Source: a virus. From it: a stretch of DNA of 64,000 nt. Location of the stretch: the IMG/VR virus record IMGVR_UViG_3300042907_001527, positions 40,000-103,999 of that record. One strand, given 5' to 3'. A model generated the notes under the pieces. The model did no database searches. It saw nothing but the letters and a program-made list of their open reading frames with translations, and was not told the DNA's origin. The translations under genes and the position numbers were made by a program. Shown here piece by piece: positions 11,165 through 20,425 of this stretch (positions are counted from its first letter, which is position 1; each line of letters starts with the position of its first letter).

Positions 11165-11891
11165 AAAAGTCAACCCCAAAACCAACATTCACTGTTAGCT
11201 TTTCTCCTGACGGGGCTATAATTGTTTTAGTCATATCTAATCTTGGTTCATTTTCATTCATAAATTTTCTTATGAACTTTGAGTCTGAAATTGGCATCGA
11301 CTCAACAAACTTTGCAATTGATGCTTTATCGGTTGACCCGTCAACTTCAATAATTTCTTTTTGCATTCTCCAAGTTACCTTTGGAACAACCCTACCTTGA
11401 GGGTATGTTTCTGCTAATTTACCAATCTCAATAATTTCACCGTAACTTAATGGTTTAAGTTTAATTGTAGATTGTGATTTTGGTAAAAGAGTTGTAAATG
11501 AACCATCCTCATTTGGTTTTTGACCATTAATAATATTTAATTGGTCTAATAATACGTTTGATTTAAATGGTTTTTTAGTGACAGGGTCGGTAACATTTAA
11601 TGTTATTTCAGGCCCAAATCCTGTATTTCTTAAAAATATTAGGATTGCTTCAACATCACCTTCAAGTAATTCCTCAACTTTAATATCAGGTTCATAAATT
11701 TTTGCTCGTAATAAAGTCATCGTTAAATCATTTGCACCACCCATTAAAATATTTTCATCTGAGGCGGTAAGATAACCAACTTTAATTGATTTTTTTTTAT
11801 TTTTATAAAAAATTCCTTGTGAAGGTAATTGTACCACATCATGTGGTAATGTGAAGTTTTCTTGACCGTAGTCCATTGATTGAGTATCCAT
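11148..11891 (-). CDS. Tail/baseplate assembly chaperone (T4 gp26-like)
   Basis: VQLPSQG, LTASDENIL, DVEAILIFLR and C-terminal DFFLPF, between tube and tape measure genes. Confidence 0.75.
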   Translation of the reverse strand: MDTQSMDYGQENFTLPHDVVQLPSQGIFYKNKKKSIKVGYLTASDENILMGGANDLTMTLLRAKIYEPDIKVEELLEGDVEAILIFLRNTGFGPEITLNVTDPVTKKPFKSNVLLDQLNIINGQKPNEDGSFTTLLPKSQSTIKLKPLSYGEIIEIGKLAETYPQGRVVPKVTWRMQKEIIEVDGSTDKASIAKFVESMPISDSKFIRKFMNENEPRLDMTKTIIAPSGEKLTVNVGFGVDFFLPFF

Positions 11892-11893
11892 AT

Positions 11894-11931
11894 AAAAAAT
11901 TAACCGTAAAGTTTATTGTCTTTACGGTTAA
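11894..11931 (-). terminator. Intrinsic terminator after the tail tube gene
   Basis: 12-bp stem TTAACCGTAAAG/CTTTACGGTTAA with an 8-nt loop, followed by a T-run on the minus strand. Confidence 0.65.
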
Positions 11932-12019
11932 ATATAATTAGATTTTTTTAATTATAAACATAATTCTTATTTAATTATGATTTATAGTAAATGAATAGAA
12001 GTATTGTATTATTAAAAAA

Positions 12020-12508
12020 TTAATAAACCAACACACATCTATCCATTCTTAAAGAAGCGGTAATTTCGGCTAAAGCATCTTGACTATAAGATAAAGCCCC
12101 AAAATTTACATCAGTTAAGAATGTACCATAAAGAATCCATTTTTCAACAACAACTCCTGTTGGGTCTAACATTTCAAGGTCAATGTCTTTTTTGTATCCC
12201 GCAGCATAACCCATACGACCTGTCACAGATTCAGCGTGTAAACGAACCCACTCCATAAGTGCTTGAGCGGCTGATGGACCAATTGGGTCACGAAACTTAA
12301 CACTAATTGGGTCCCAATTAAATCTACCCGCAACAAATGTTGATGTGTTTAAGAATTGTATTTCAGTTGCTCCAATTTTAATTGATGGTCTTGAAGCACT
12401 TTCAACAAACCATTCGTTAATACCTAAACTTGATGGAAACCTTAAAATAAAACGATTTTGTCGTTTTGGTTCATAAGGTATCGGCATTTTCATTAATAAA
12501 TCAGCCAT
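12020..12508 (-). CDS. Tail tube protein (T4 gp19-like)
   Basis: YEPKRQNRF, AGRFNWDPISVKFRD, GYKKDIDLEMLDPTGVVVEKW. Confidence 0.9.
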   Translation of the reverse strand: MADLLMKMPIPYEPKRQNRFILRFPSSLGINEWFVESASRPSIKIGATEIQFLNTSTFVAGRFNWDPISVKFRDPIGPSAAQALMEWVRLHAESVTGRMGYAAGYKKDIDLEMLDPTGVVVEKWILYGTFLTDVNFGALSYSQDALAEITASLRMDRCVLVY

Positions 12509-12551
12509 GTTATTTTATTTTTTTTGTTTTAGTTGTTTATATTCTATATGT

Positions 12552-12558
12552 ATAAATA
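12552..12558 (-). promoter_or_regulatory. Putative late promoter TATTTAT
   Basis: 43 nt upstream of the tube gene. Confidence 0.5.
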
Positions 12559-12610
12559 TATCCTTGTTAAAATTTTTTTCTATTTACTTTTATTTTATCA
12601 AAATTATAAT

Positions 12611-13441
12611 CTAGTTATATTTATTTTTAATGCCACTAGCAGTAGAATAAGTCTTAATTATGTTATTTGGTTTATTTATAAAATGTTTATTCATTACTTC
12701 TACATTTTTAATGTCGTCATCTGAAAATCCAATAGTTGGTTGCTCTGGTATAAAGTTATTTGATATATCGTTTTTAATAAACGCTCTTTTATTTAACTTA
12801 TTAGCCATTTTTCTAATGTAGGAAACAAATTTTTCCATATCACGAACTTTAGCCTCTTCAGGATTAACCGCACCTGACTCATCACCAAAAGACACTGGAT
12901 AGTACTTATTTAGGTTCAAATACGACTTAATTAATTCATCATCACTTATATCATTTTCACCGACAAACGTCCTATATTTTTTAAGGTTTTTAACTAGTTG
13001 ATTTTTATCAATCCCATTAAATCCGTTGATAATATAATTATAAACAGCTTGTTTTAAAATATTTGGGTTATGACCTCTTGCAGTAATTATTGAAAAAATT
13101 GAACCATTATTAATTGCCTCTTTAAAATCATCGAAAGCTGGTCCAACATTTGCCATCATAGCGTCAACTAAAAAATCTTTATCACCTTCGGTTCGAAAAT
13201 TTTTAAATGGATTTTTACCAAACCCAACAATAATTTCTCCATTATATTTAAAATTTTTTTTCCCAATTTTCTCCCTATGTTTTGCAAAATCATTAGTACT
13301 CATACCAATTTCGTCTCCGTCTTCAGTTTTTACTATTATTTTGGTTGGCATGTGGACAATATTGTCATCCCAATCAAACGCGTAATATTTCATGTCTGGA
13401 GTTCCTTCTTCTTTAAATCCTTCTCTAAGTTGTCCTTTCAT
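12611..13441 (-). CDS. HAD-superfamily phosphatase-like protein
   Basis: Motif I FDWDDN, motif II ITARG, motif IV GFSDDD. Confidence 0.6.
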   Translation of the reverse strand: MKGQLREGFKEEGTPDMKYYAFDWDDNIVHMPTKIIVKTEDGDEIGMSTNDFAKHREKIGKKNFKYNGEIIVGFGKNPFKNFRTEGDKDFLVDAMMANVGPAFDDFKEAINNGSIFSIITARGHNPNILKQAVYNYIINGFNGIDKNQLVKNLKKYRTFVGENDISDDELIKSYLNLNKYYPVSFGDESGAVNPEEAKVRDMEKFVSYIRKMANKLNKRAFIKNDISNNFIPEQPTIGFSDDDIKNVEVMNKHFINKPNNIIKTYSTASGIKNKYN

Positions 13442-13452
13442 AATTAGATAAT

Positions 13453-13474
13453 ACGGGGCAGTTATATACCCCGT
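13453..13474 (-). terminator. Hairpin just after the sheath stop (weak terminator or stability element)
   Basis: ACGGGGTA-TATAAC-TGCCCCGT with a poor U-tract. Confidence 0.4.
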
Positions 13475-13482
13475 TAATTTTG

Positions 13483-16400
13483 TTAAATATTTTCAAATGA
13501 AGCCCCTGTTGGTGTAATTAAGAATTCAATATCTATAAATTCTAACGCCCTTGTAGGTTTTAAATAAATTTTACCTGTTAATGTGTTTCTGTCTAAATCT
13601 TCAGGTGAAGATGAAACTGTTACACGGAAATCATATAAACCTCTATCTCTTCTAATTGAATCCAAAATAGGATTAACACTATCCAAGAATTGTTGTCTAA
13701 CAACTTGGTCGTTTTGTTCAAATAATAATCTTACAGCTACTGCGGAAATTAACTTACGAGCTTGAAGTAACAATCTTCTTACATTCAATCTATTAAGTGC
13801 TGAGTCAGCAATTTGTAATGTTTTATTACCCCAAATTACAGTTCCAACATCAGAGAAAGTTGCTATAGGATTTATTCTACCTTGATATAGTACATCTCTG
13901 TCGGTTTGTGTAAGTTTTTGTCTCGCCTTAATAGAGTTTACAAGTCCTCTAGTGTAACCCGCAGATGCAAACCAAGGGAATGAAATGTTATCGGTCAAAG
14001 CTAAGTTTCTACAAACCTCACCAGTTGGAGGTAAATAAATTTGTGTGTTATTAACAGTATCTCTTGTTAAAATCCAAGGGTAATAAGTTGCTGTATAGTT
14101 AGAGTCAATTCCTGTATTATCTAAATTGTCAACTGATTCTTGAGGATAAATAATGTCCAAAGAATTTGTTCCGTCTGGAGTATACATTCTATAATCAGGT
14201 GTTGTACAAATATAAACCGAATCCGCTCTTGAAAATTGAATCATGTCTATCGCTTCCTCAACAAGGTTTGAGTTATTTACGTAGTCAATACTTGCACTTG
14301 CGAATATATTAATGTTAGTTGATTCTGGATTTGCAAATGATAAAATACCAAGTAGATATGCGTAGTAGTCTGTATTTGCAAAATCTTGAGTATTGTTCTG
14401 AACCACAATTCTTTTAAACAATCCATCACCTGTTGCGGTTGGATATCTTGATGAAGGTGCAGTACCCGCCAAATAACCCGAAGCTCCTAATTGAAATCTA
14501 TCTTCGTTAGTTCTCCACTCTCTATAAATGTCCCAACCATCAAACCCACCAGCAAAACATAGTGTATATTTTCTTGAATATATGAAATAATACGGATTTT
14601 CTTGTGTTTCTGGGTCACTTCTAAATTCAGCAGTACCACATTCAAAAGCTGTTTGACCACTTGTCATTGATGTGTTAGCAATTGATACAACAGTTGCTCC
14701 TGAGTCCATATGGAAACCTTTACTAGTGTAATTCCATTTAAATGAGTCAGTTGCTAAAGCCCAATTTGATTGAGGGTTTTGTTTTCCTTTATAAGTTAAA
14801 AATGATTCATCAATTCCATACTGTGTTGAGAATCCTAAATATGTTCTTCTTATAACATCTCCAGGAGATTCAACAGTATTTGAGCCACCAATAGGTGTTC
14901 CAAATGGTGGGTTAGCAATAACTTCTCCAGGGTAATCATATTTTATTTTATATTTTGGATATGGTGATGGGTAAACCGAAGCGTCTTCATATTCTCTTTG
15001 TGTGTAACCACGGAAACCACAAGGTAGTGAGTCAATTGGGTATTCATCTGCCATTTCAACCATAACATATCTTGAAATTAAGGCAAATTCACCATTAGAT
15101 GAACCTATTTTTTTTCCGACAAAGTTATTTGATGCTGGGTCCATATTACAATTTGTGAATTTTTCAATTACAACTGGATTTGAGTCAGAGTCATAAAAAT
15201 TTCTAATCTGAACATCAAACGACATATTATTGTACGATAAGTTAGCGATTGAAATTTTAACTTCAGTATTTGCATCATTTCCATCGGAAATTGATATGAA
15301 TTTAAATAAATTATAAACTTGGTTACCTCTTAATTCAGAAACCAAATAAGGTGTTTCAGGTGATTGGTATTTTTCTAAATTCCAAGCAATTGATTGACTT
15401 GATTGACTTCTTGCATCAGGTAGTGCAATTAAATCACAATTTAATCCACGGATATAATTTTGACTATAAGCATAATTCAAACTTCCCTGATAAAGTTCTT
15501 CAACATAAATAGGAACCTCGTATCTTGATTTACCAAAATTATCAACACCTAATACTTTTGTAATATATTTTGACGAAGATGCACTTAATGACGTTTCAAA
15601 TGAAAATGTTTTATTATCATTTGTTAAACCCGATAATAAAAAAGATGAATAAGGTGATTCTGTAATACCTGAATATTGTCCAGTACAAACTATTTGTAAA
15701 TTATTTGGAACCCATGTATTATTATTGTTGTAATCAATACCAACCTCATAAACTGGACCATGGTTATTACTTCCGGCACTATTAACATAATTACAAATAC
15801 CTCGTGAACGAATAGTACCAACAACCATATTATTGAAGTCGGTGTACGCCATACCTGTAAAATTAACGGAAGCTCCAGAAATAGTGACAGTAAAATTAGA
15901 GTCCACAGTATTAATAACATTATCAATAACATAATAAAAAGAATAACCCGAATAATTGTTTCCTGAAGAAATATTAAAATTAGCATAAAGCCAAGGGTCG
16001 TTTGACGACGCAGATAAATCATTTTCTTCTAAGATAGGTACACAATCATATGGTGTTATTAGGTTAGGGTGTCCATACGTAAGAGAATAATGGTCATCAT
16101 AAAGTATTGAACCATATATAACTGACGTTGTTGCAGAAAGTGATGTTGTATTTACAATCTCGCTTAAATAATTGTTAAAATCGGTTTGTATTGTAGATAC
16201 TGAACCGTCTTGTAATTTATATTGTTTATTTAATTGAACTTGATTTGGTAATGCCCCACTTATAAGGTTAAATGTACCTCCCAATGATGTACCAGTAAAC
16301 GTTGCGGTAAAAACCACGGGATTTGATGGTGCAGAAATAGTTGTTGGGTCAACATTAGCAACTAATGAAAGACTCCAAGATGGTCCTGCGTCATATCCAG

Positions 16401-16704
16401 ACAATCCTAAAATTCTTGTTACAAACAATTGATTTGATTGTTGTAAATATGATTTGGCAATATAAGCCGCCTCATATTTTGGTATCTGAGTACCATAAAA
16501 TTTAACGGGCTCTGAACCACCAAAATATGATTGGAATTCGTCAAAATTTGTTATGAATACTGGTTCAAATGCTGGACCTTTTAAAGTTTCTCCAACAAGG
16601 CCTAAAGTTGTTACCCCCACACTTTGGGCGATAAATGATAAGTCGGTTTCCGATGTGTACACTCCAGGTGATACAAATACTTTTTGATTTGCTTGTGCTG
16701 CCAT
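13483..16704 (-). CDS. Contractile tail sheath protein (T4 gp18-like)
   Basis: FVSPGVYTSETD, PWFASAGYTRG, INPI, IWGNKTL, RLNVRRLL, KPTRALEFI. Confidence 0.95.
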   Translation of the reverse strand: MAAQANQKVFVSPGVYTSETDLSFIAQSVGVTTLGLVGETLKGPAFEPVFITNFDEFQSYFGGSEPVKFYGTQIPKYEAAYIAKSYLQQSNQLFVTRILGLSGYDAGPSWSLSLVANVDPTTISAPSNPVVFTATFTGTSLGGTFNLISGALPNQVQLNKQYKLQDGSVSTIQTDFNNYLSEIVNTTSLSATTSVIYGSILYDDHYSLTYGHPNLITPYDCVPILEENDLSASSNDPWLYANFNISSGNNYSGYSFYYVIDNVINTVDSNFTVTISGASVNFTGMAYTDFNNMVVGTIRSRGICNYVNSAGSNNHGPVYEVGIDYNNNNTWVPNNLQIVCTGQYSGITESPYSSFLLSGLTNDNKTFSFETSLSASSSKYITKVLGVDNFGKSRYEVPIYVEELYQGSLNYAYSQNYIRGLNCDLIALPDARSQSSQSIAWNLEKYQSPETPYLVSELRGNQVYNLFKFISISDGNDANTEVKISIANLSYNNMSFDVQIRNFYDSDSNPVVIEKFTNCNMDPASNNFVGKKIGSSNGEFALISRYVMVEMADEYPIDSLPCGFRGYTQREYEDASVYPSPYPKYKIKYDYPGEVIANPPFGTPIGGSNTVESPGDVIRRTYLGFSTQYGIDESFLTYKGKQNPQSNWALATDSFKWNYTSKGFHMDSGATVVSIANTSMTSGQTAFECGTAEFRSDPETQENPYYFIYSRKYTLCFAGGFDGWDIYREWRTNEDRFQLGASGYLAGTAPSSRYPTATGDGLFKRIVVQNNTQDFANTDYYAYLLGILSFANPESTNINIFASASIDYVNNSNLVEEAIDMIQFSRADSVYICTTPDYRMYTPDGTNSLDIIYPQESVDNLDNTGIDSNYTATYYPWILTRDTVNNTQIYLPPTGEVCRNLALTDNISFPWFASAGYTRGLVNSIKARQKLTQTDRDVLYQGRINPIATFSDVGTVIWGNKTLQIADSALNRLNVRRLLLQARKLISAVAVRLLFEQNDQVVRQQFLDSVNPILDSIRRDRGLYDFRVTVSSSPEDLDRNTLTGKIYLKPTRALEFIDIEFLITPTGASFENI

Positions 16705-16738
16705 TATTAAATTATTCTGTTACAGATTTATTTTATTG

Positions 16739-16745
16739 ATAAATA
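16739..16745 (-). promoter_or_regulatory. Putative late promoter TATTTAT
   Basis: 34 nt upstream of the sheath gene. Further copies lie at 16783-16789 (+) and 16801-16807 (-). Confidence 0.5.
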
Positions 16746-16824
16746 TTAGAGTTTTTATGAAAAAACTTTACTTTTAGATAAGTATTTATAAAGAGTATGA
16801 ATAAATACTGCTTTTTTTCTACCT

Positions 16825-16986
16825 ATGAATACTAAAAAAGAAATAAAAAACATCAAAATATCTCCTGAATCACACGATATTTTAAAAAAATATTGTGATA
16901 AACGGGGAATAAAAATTTACAAATTTTTAGAAAATTTAATTGTAGAAAAATGTAAAGAAAAGAAAGACATTTATGGGGAAAATTAA
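16825..16986 (+). CDS. Small ribbon-helix-helix DNA-binding protein (53 aa)
   Basis: Manual translation MNTKKEIKNIKISPESHDILKKYCDKRGIKIYKFLENLIVEKCKEKKDIYGEN shows an Arc/CopG-like strand-helix-Gly-helix pattern. Too short for the ORF track. Confidence 0.7.
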   Translation: MNTKKEIKNIKISPESHDILKKYCDKRGIKIYKFLENLIVEKCKEKKDIYGEN

Positions 16987-18026
16987 ATTAATTTATTTTC
17001 ATATAGTATGTTTGCTTCTACAGTATTGTCATTTTTTGTAACTTCTATAGTTAAAATATCGTTTGTTGTAATTTCAATTTTTTGAAGGTCGCTCCCATAA
17101 TAATCATTATTAATATATACATCAAAAGTATCAACATTACTTGTTGAAAGTAAATTCATATTTGAACTAAAGTCAATTACGTCAGTTAAACTTGTATTAC
17201 CTGAAACAAATAAAAACGGAGTTTCAAAATTATCAGGGTTTTTAGGATATTTGTTTGTTCTTTTTTTTCTTGGTGCTGTGTTCATTTCAATTAATTGAGT
17301 CACTCTTTGAATTGCTGGTTTTACTTCAAATTCTTCTTCATCTATTAAATAACCCAACATAGTAAACTCATAATTTTGGACGTAATATTTTCTAGATTCC
17401 ATACTTAATTGAGATTCGTCGGAAATGTTGGCTAATATAATTGGTATGTATTGACCTTTAATAAATGTATAAGCTTGTTTTGATGAAAATGTTTGCATCA
17501 CAATCTTATTAAGTTGATTTAACTCTCTCATTCTATTACAAATAATTTTTACATTATATGTGATATCTACAGGAACTGGTTGTGGAATTGTATAAATATC
17601 CATTCCTTGTTCGTTTCCATTCCAAGTTGGTACTGACGCGTAATAAAATTGTTTTCTGTTTGGTATTGTATATTGAAGTGATGGATTTGTGCCATACTTA
17701 ACTTCAGGAGTCCTAACAACAGTAATAAATGGGGGGGTTGGATTATAGTCAACATCCACAAATTTCCAAGTTTCTAAATATTGTGACCAATTTTGAGTTG
17801 TGATTATAATATCTAATAATGGAACTATTTTACCTGAGGTAACAACTTTAAGTTTATCTTTAACAAATTCAAGCATACCCTTATCCAAATCCGCATGTAA
17901 TACTGATTTGGGTAAATAAGTTCCATCATCTTTAATATATTCTAAAAGTTGTTCTCTCCTTTCAGATAAAATTTTTTTTGGTACTAAAGGTAATGTTGGT
18001 TTAACTATTGTTCTTGGTAGTGGCAT
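16983..18026 (-). CDS. Tail terminator / sheath stabiliser (T4 gp15-like)
   Basis: PVPVDITYNVKII and YEFTMLGYL, located next to the neck gene. Confidence 0.65.
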   Translation of the reverse strand: MPLPRTIVKPTLPLVPKKILSERREQLLEYIKDDGTYLPKSVLHADLDKGMLEFVKDKLKVVTSGKIVPLLDIIITTQNWSQYLETWKFVDVDYNPTPPFITVVRTPEVKYGTNPSLQYTIPNRKQFYYASVPTWNGNEQGMDIYTIPQPVPVDITYNVKIICNRMRELNQLNKIVMQTFSSKQAYTFIKGQYIPIILANISDESQLSMESRKYYVQNYEFTMLGYLIDEEEFEVKPAIQRVTQLIEMNTAPRKKRTNKYPKNPDNFETPFLFVSGNTSLTDVIDFSSNMNLLSTSNVDTFDVYINNDYYGSDLQKIEITTNDILTIEVTKNDNTVEANILYENKLI

Positions 18027-18049
18027 GTTATTATTTAATAATAATTTTA

Positions 18050-18574
18050 TTATAATCCGTTAAATTCGTCAGGACTTACATATGTTGCAACAATCGTTCT
18101 ATAGAATGGTTTATATCCACCGTAAGTGTGTTTAGTGTCAGACACAACATATCCGTCATCACTAATGGAATAGTATCTGACTTGAGATTCAGTCTCATAA
18201 TATCCAAGGTAATCCCCCATAAAAATCTCAACACCTAAATCATCAAGTTGTTTTTGATAAATTGAGAACTTTAAATTTCCAGGTTCTTGTATTTCAACTT
18301 TAGAACTACCGTATAACTTATTAGTTGGTGCCATAACTTGAACTAAACCTTTTAATTCAATAGGAGCCATAAATTGTATCCCATCTTCTAAAACTTCACC
18401 GTAAACATCGTCTTTTTTTGTTTTATACCTATCAATACGATACAACACAACGGTAAAATTCATATCACCCTCAAGCCATTCTTGTCCCATATCAATATCA
18501 AGGTCAAAATCTTCATTACCAAAAAATTTGCCTAATCTTGTAACTGGAACTAACTTTTCTAATGTCCGTTTCAT
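18050..18574 (-). CDS. Neck / head-closure protein (T4 gp14-like)
   Basis: DDVYGE and GDYL motifs, plus gene context. Confidence 0.6.
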   Translation of the reverse strand: MKRTLEKLVPVTRLGKFFGNEDFDLDIDMGQEWLEGDMNFTVVLYRIDRYKTKKDDVYGEVLEDGIQFMAPIELKGLVQVMAPTNKLYGSSKVEIQEPGNLKFSIYQKQLDDLGVEIFMGDYLGYYETESQVRYYSISDDGYVVSDTKHTYGGYKPFYRTIVATYVSPDEFNGL

Positions 18575-18580
18575 ATATTG

Positions 18581-18587
18581 ATAAATA
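18581..18587 (-). promoter_or_regulatory. Putative late promoter TATTTAT
   Basis: 6 nt upstream of ATG 18574. Confidence 0.6.
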
Positions 18588-18629
18588 CTTAAAGTTTTAT
18601 TATATTTTAAATAAGTTTATTAATATTAA

Positions 18630-20384
18630 ATGAGTAACGTTAGTTTAGAATCAAAGGCAATGTCCATTCTTGAGTCATATGAGGGTGGCAATAACTATAT
18701 CTTGGAATTAAAACGTAAATCACAGGTTAATAGAAAATTTTATCCAACAAGGAGTCAATCAGAATACATTATTAATTTTCACAATAAACAACCAAAAGTC
18801 GCAAAAAAATGGGTAATCCTTGACACATACTTTGCTCAGAAATTAGCCGACGACAAATTATATACCGAAATCCCCCAAAAAGTTTGGGTTGAAAAGTTAT
18901 TGGCGGATAAAGAAAAGGCTTACCACATTTGGGGTAAAGTTTTTGAAAATGAAGAACTACACGATTTTTGGTTACCAAAGGCCGCAATTATCAAAGACAA
19001 TTCAGTTAAAGATGTGGTAATTGATTACTCTAAGTATTCACATCGTCCACCACTTGAACACCAAAAAGAAGCAATACAAAAATTGGTTGAGAATAAAAAG
19101 TTTATCCTTGCCGACGATATGGGTCTTGGTAAAACAACATCAACAATTATTGCTGCGTTAGAATCAAACTCAAAAAAAGTATTAATCATTTGTCCTGCAA
19201 CATTAAAAATTAACTGGAAACGTGAGATTGAAAATTACTCAGACAAATCAATCTACATTGCAGAAAGTAAAAATTTCAGTACCGAAGCTGATTTTGTAAT
19301 CATAAACTACGACATAATTAAAAATTTCCATGACCCTAAAAAGAAAAACGAATCTCAAGTCCTTGCGTCCAACTTTGATTTAGTTATTATTGATGAAGCC
19401 CATTATATTAAGAATGGTACGGCGCAGAGGACGAAACTAATCAATGATATTGTTAAAAATACCGAAAGACTTTGGTTGTTGACAGGTACACCAATGACAT
19501 CACGACCAATCGATTATTTTAATTTATTAAGTATAATTGATTCTCCTGTTGCTAAGAATTGGATGGCATATGCTATCCGTTATTGTTCTGGATACCAATT
19601 TAATGTTGGGGGAAGAAAGATTTGGAATGTAACAGGGGCGTCAAACTTGGAAGAGTTAAGAGACCGAACCTTAGGTTTAACATTAAGAAGATTAAAAGAA
19701 AATGTTCTTGATTTACCCGATAAGATTATCACACCTGTTTACCTAAGATTGAAATCAAAATTATATGAAAATGTTATGGGAGAATACTATGATTGGTATG
19801 ACAAGAACCCTGACGAATCCAAATCATTAACCGTTCAATTTTCAAAGTTAACAAAAATTAGACAAATTATTGCCGATGAAAAAATTGAACAAACTATTGA
19901 ACTAGCGGAAAATATTCTTGAGCAAGATAAGAAAGTAATCATTTTCTGTAATTTCACCGATTCGTTAAATAAAATTACAGAACATTTTGGTAAAGCTGCA
20001 GTTAAACTTGATGGTTCTATGTCAAAACCCAACAGACAAAACTCCGTTGACCAATTCCAAGATAACCCCAAGATTAAAGTCTTTGTAGGTAATATTAAAG
20101 CGGCTGGTGTCGGTATAACATTAACTGCTGCTGAAGCTGTTATTATGAATGACTTATCATTCCTTCCATCAGACCACGCCCAAGCTGAAGACCGAGCTTA
20201 TCGTTACGGTCAAAAAAATAACGTTTTGGTTTATTATCCAATATTCGAAAATACAATCGAAGGTATCATCTACGATATCCTAAACAACAAAAAACAAGTC
20301 ATTGCAACTGTAATGGGAGACAACCAACATCCAGCAGATGCTGCAGAAGAAATCCTACAAAGAATTAATGAATTGAGATATTAA
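18630..20384 (+). CDS. SNF2-family (SMARCAL1-like) helicase
   Basis: LADDMGLGKT, DEAH, LLTGTP, QAEDRAYRYGQ. Confidence 0.92.
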   Translation: MSNVSLESKAMSILESYEGGNNYILELKRKSQVNRKFYPTRSQSEYIINFHNKQPKVAKKWVILDTYFAQKLADDKLYTEIPQKVWVEKLLADKEKAYHIWGKVFENEELHDFWLPKAAIIKDNSVKDVVIDYSKYSHRPPLEHQKEAIQKLVENKKFILADDMGLGKTTSTIIAALESNSKKVLIICPATLKINWKREIENYSDKSIYIAESKNFSTEADFVIINYDIIKNFHDPKKKNESQVLASNFDLVIIDEAHYIKNGTAQRTKLINDIVKNTERLWLLTGTPMTSRPIDYFNLLSIIDSPVAKNWMAYAIRYCSGYQFNVGGRKIWNVTGASNLEELRDRTLGLTLRRLKENVLDLPDKIITPVYLRLKSKLYENVMGEYYDWYDKNPDESKSLTVQFSKLTKIRQIIADEKIEQTIELAENILEQDKKVIIFCNFTDSLNKITEHFGKAAVKLDGSMSKPNRQNSVDQFQDNPKIKVFVGNIKAAGVGITLTAAEAVIMNDLSFLPSDHAQAEDRAYRYGQKNNVLVYYPIFENTIEGIIYDILNNKKQVIATVMGDNQHPADAAEEILQRINELRY

Positions 20385-20396
20385 CAAAGAACGGAT

Positions 20397-20403
20397 TATT
20401 TAT
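20397..20403 (+). promoter_or_regulatory. Putative late promoter TATTTAT
   Basis: 22 nt upstream of the SOD fusion, inside a GGATTAT...ATAATCC inverted repeat. Confidence 0.5.
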
Positions 20404-20425
20404 ATATAACGGATAATCCAATACT

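Noticed and set aside
1-18574. Tail module as a bacterial eCIS, tailocin or prophage
   Set aside because: Neck proteins, DNA polymerase, helicase, dUTPase and PhoH point to a large phage genome. No integrase or host housekeeping genes are present.
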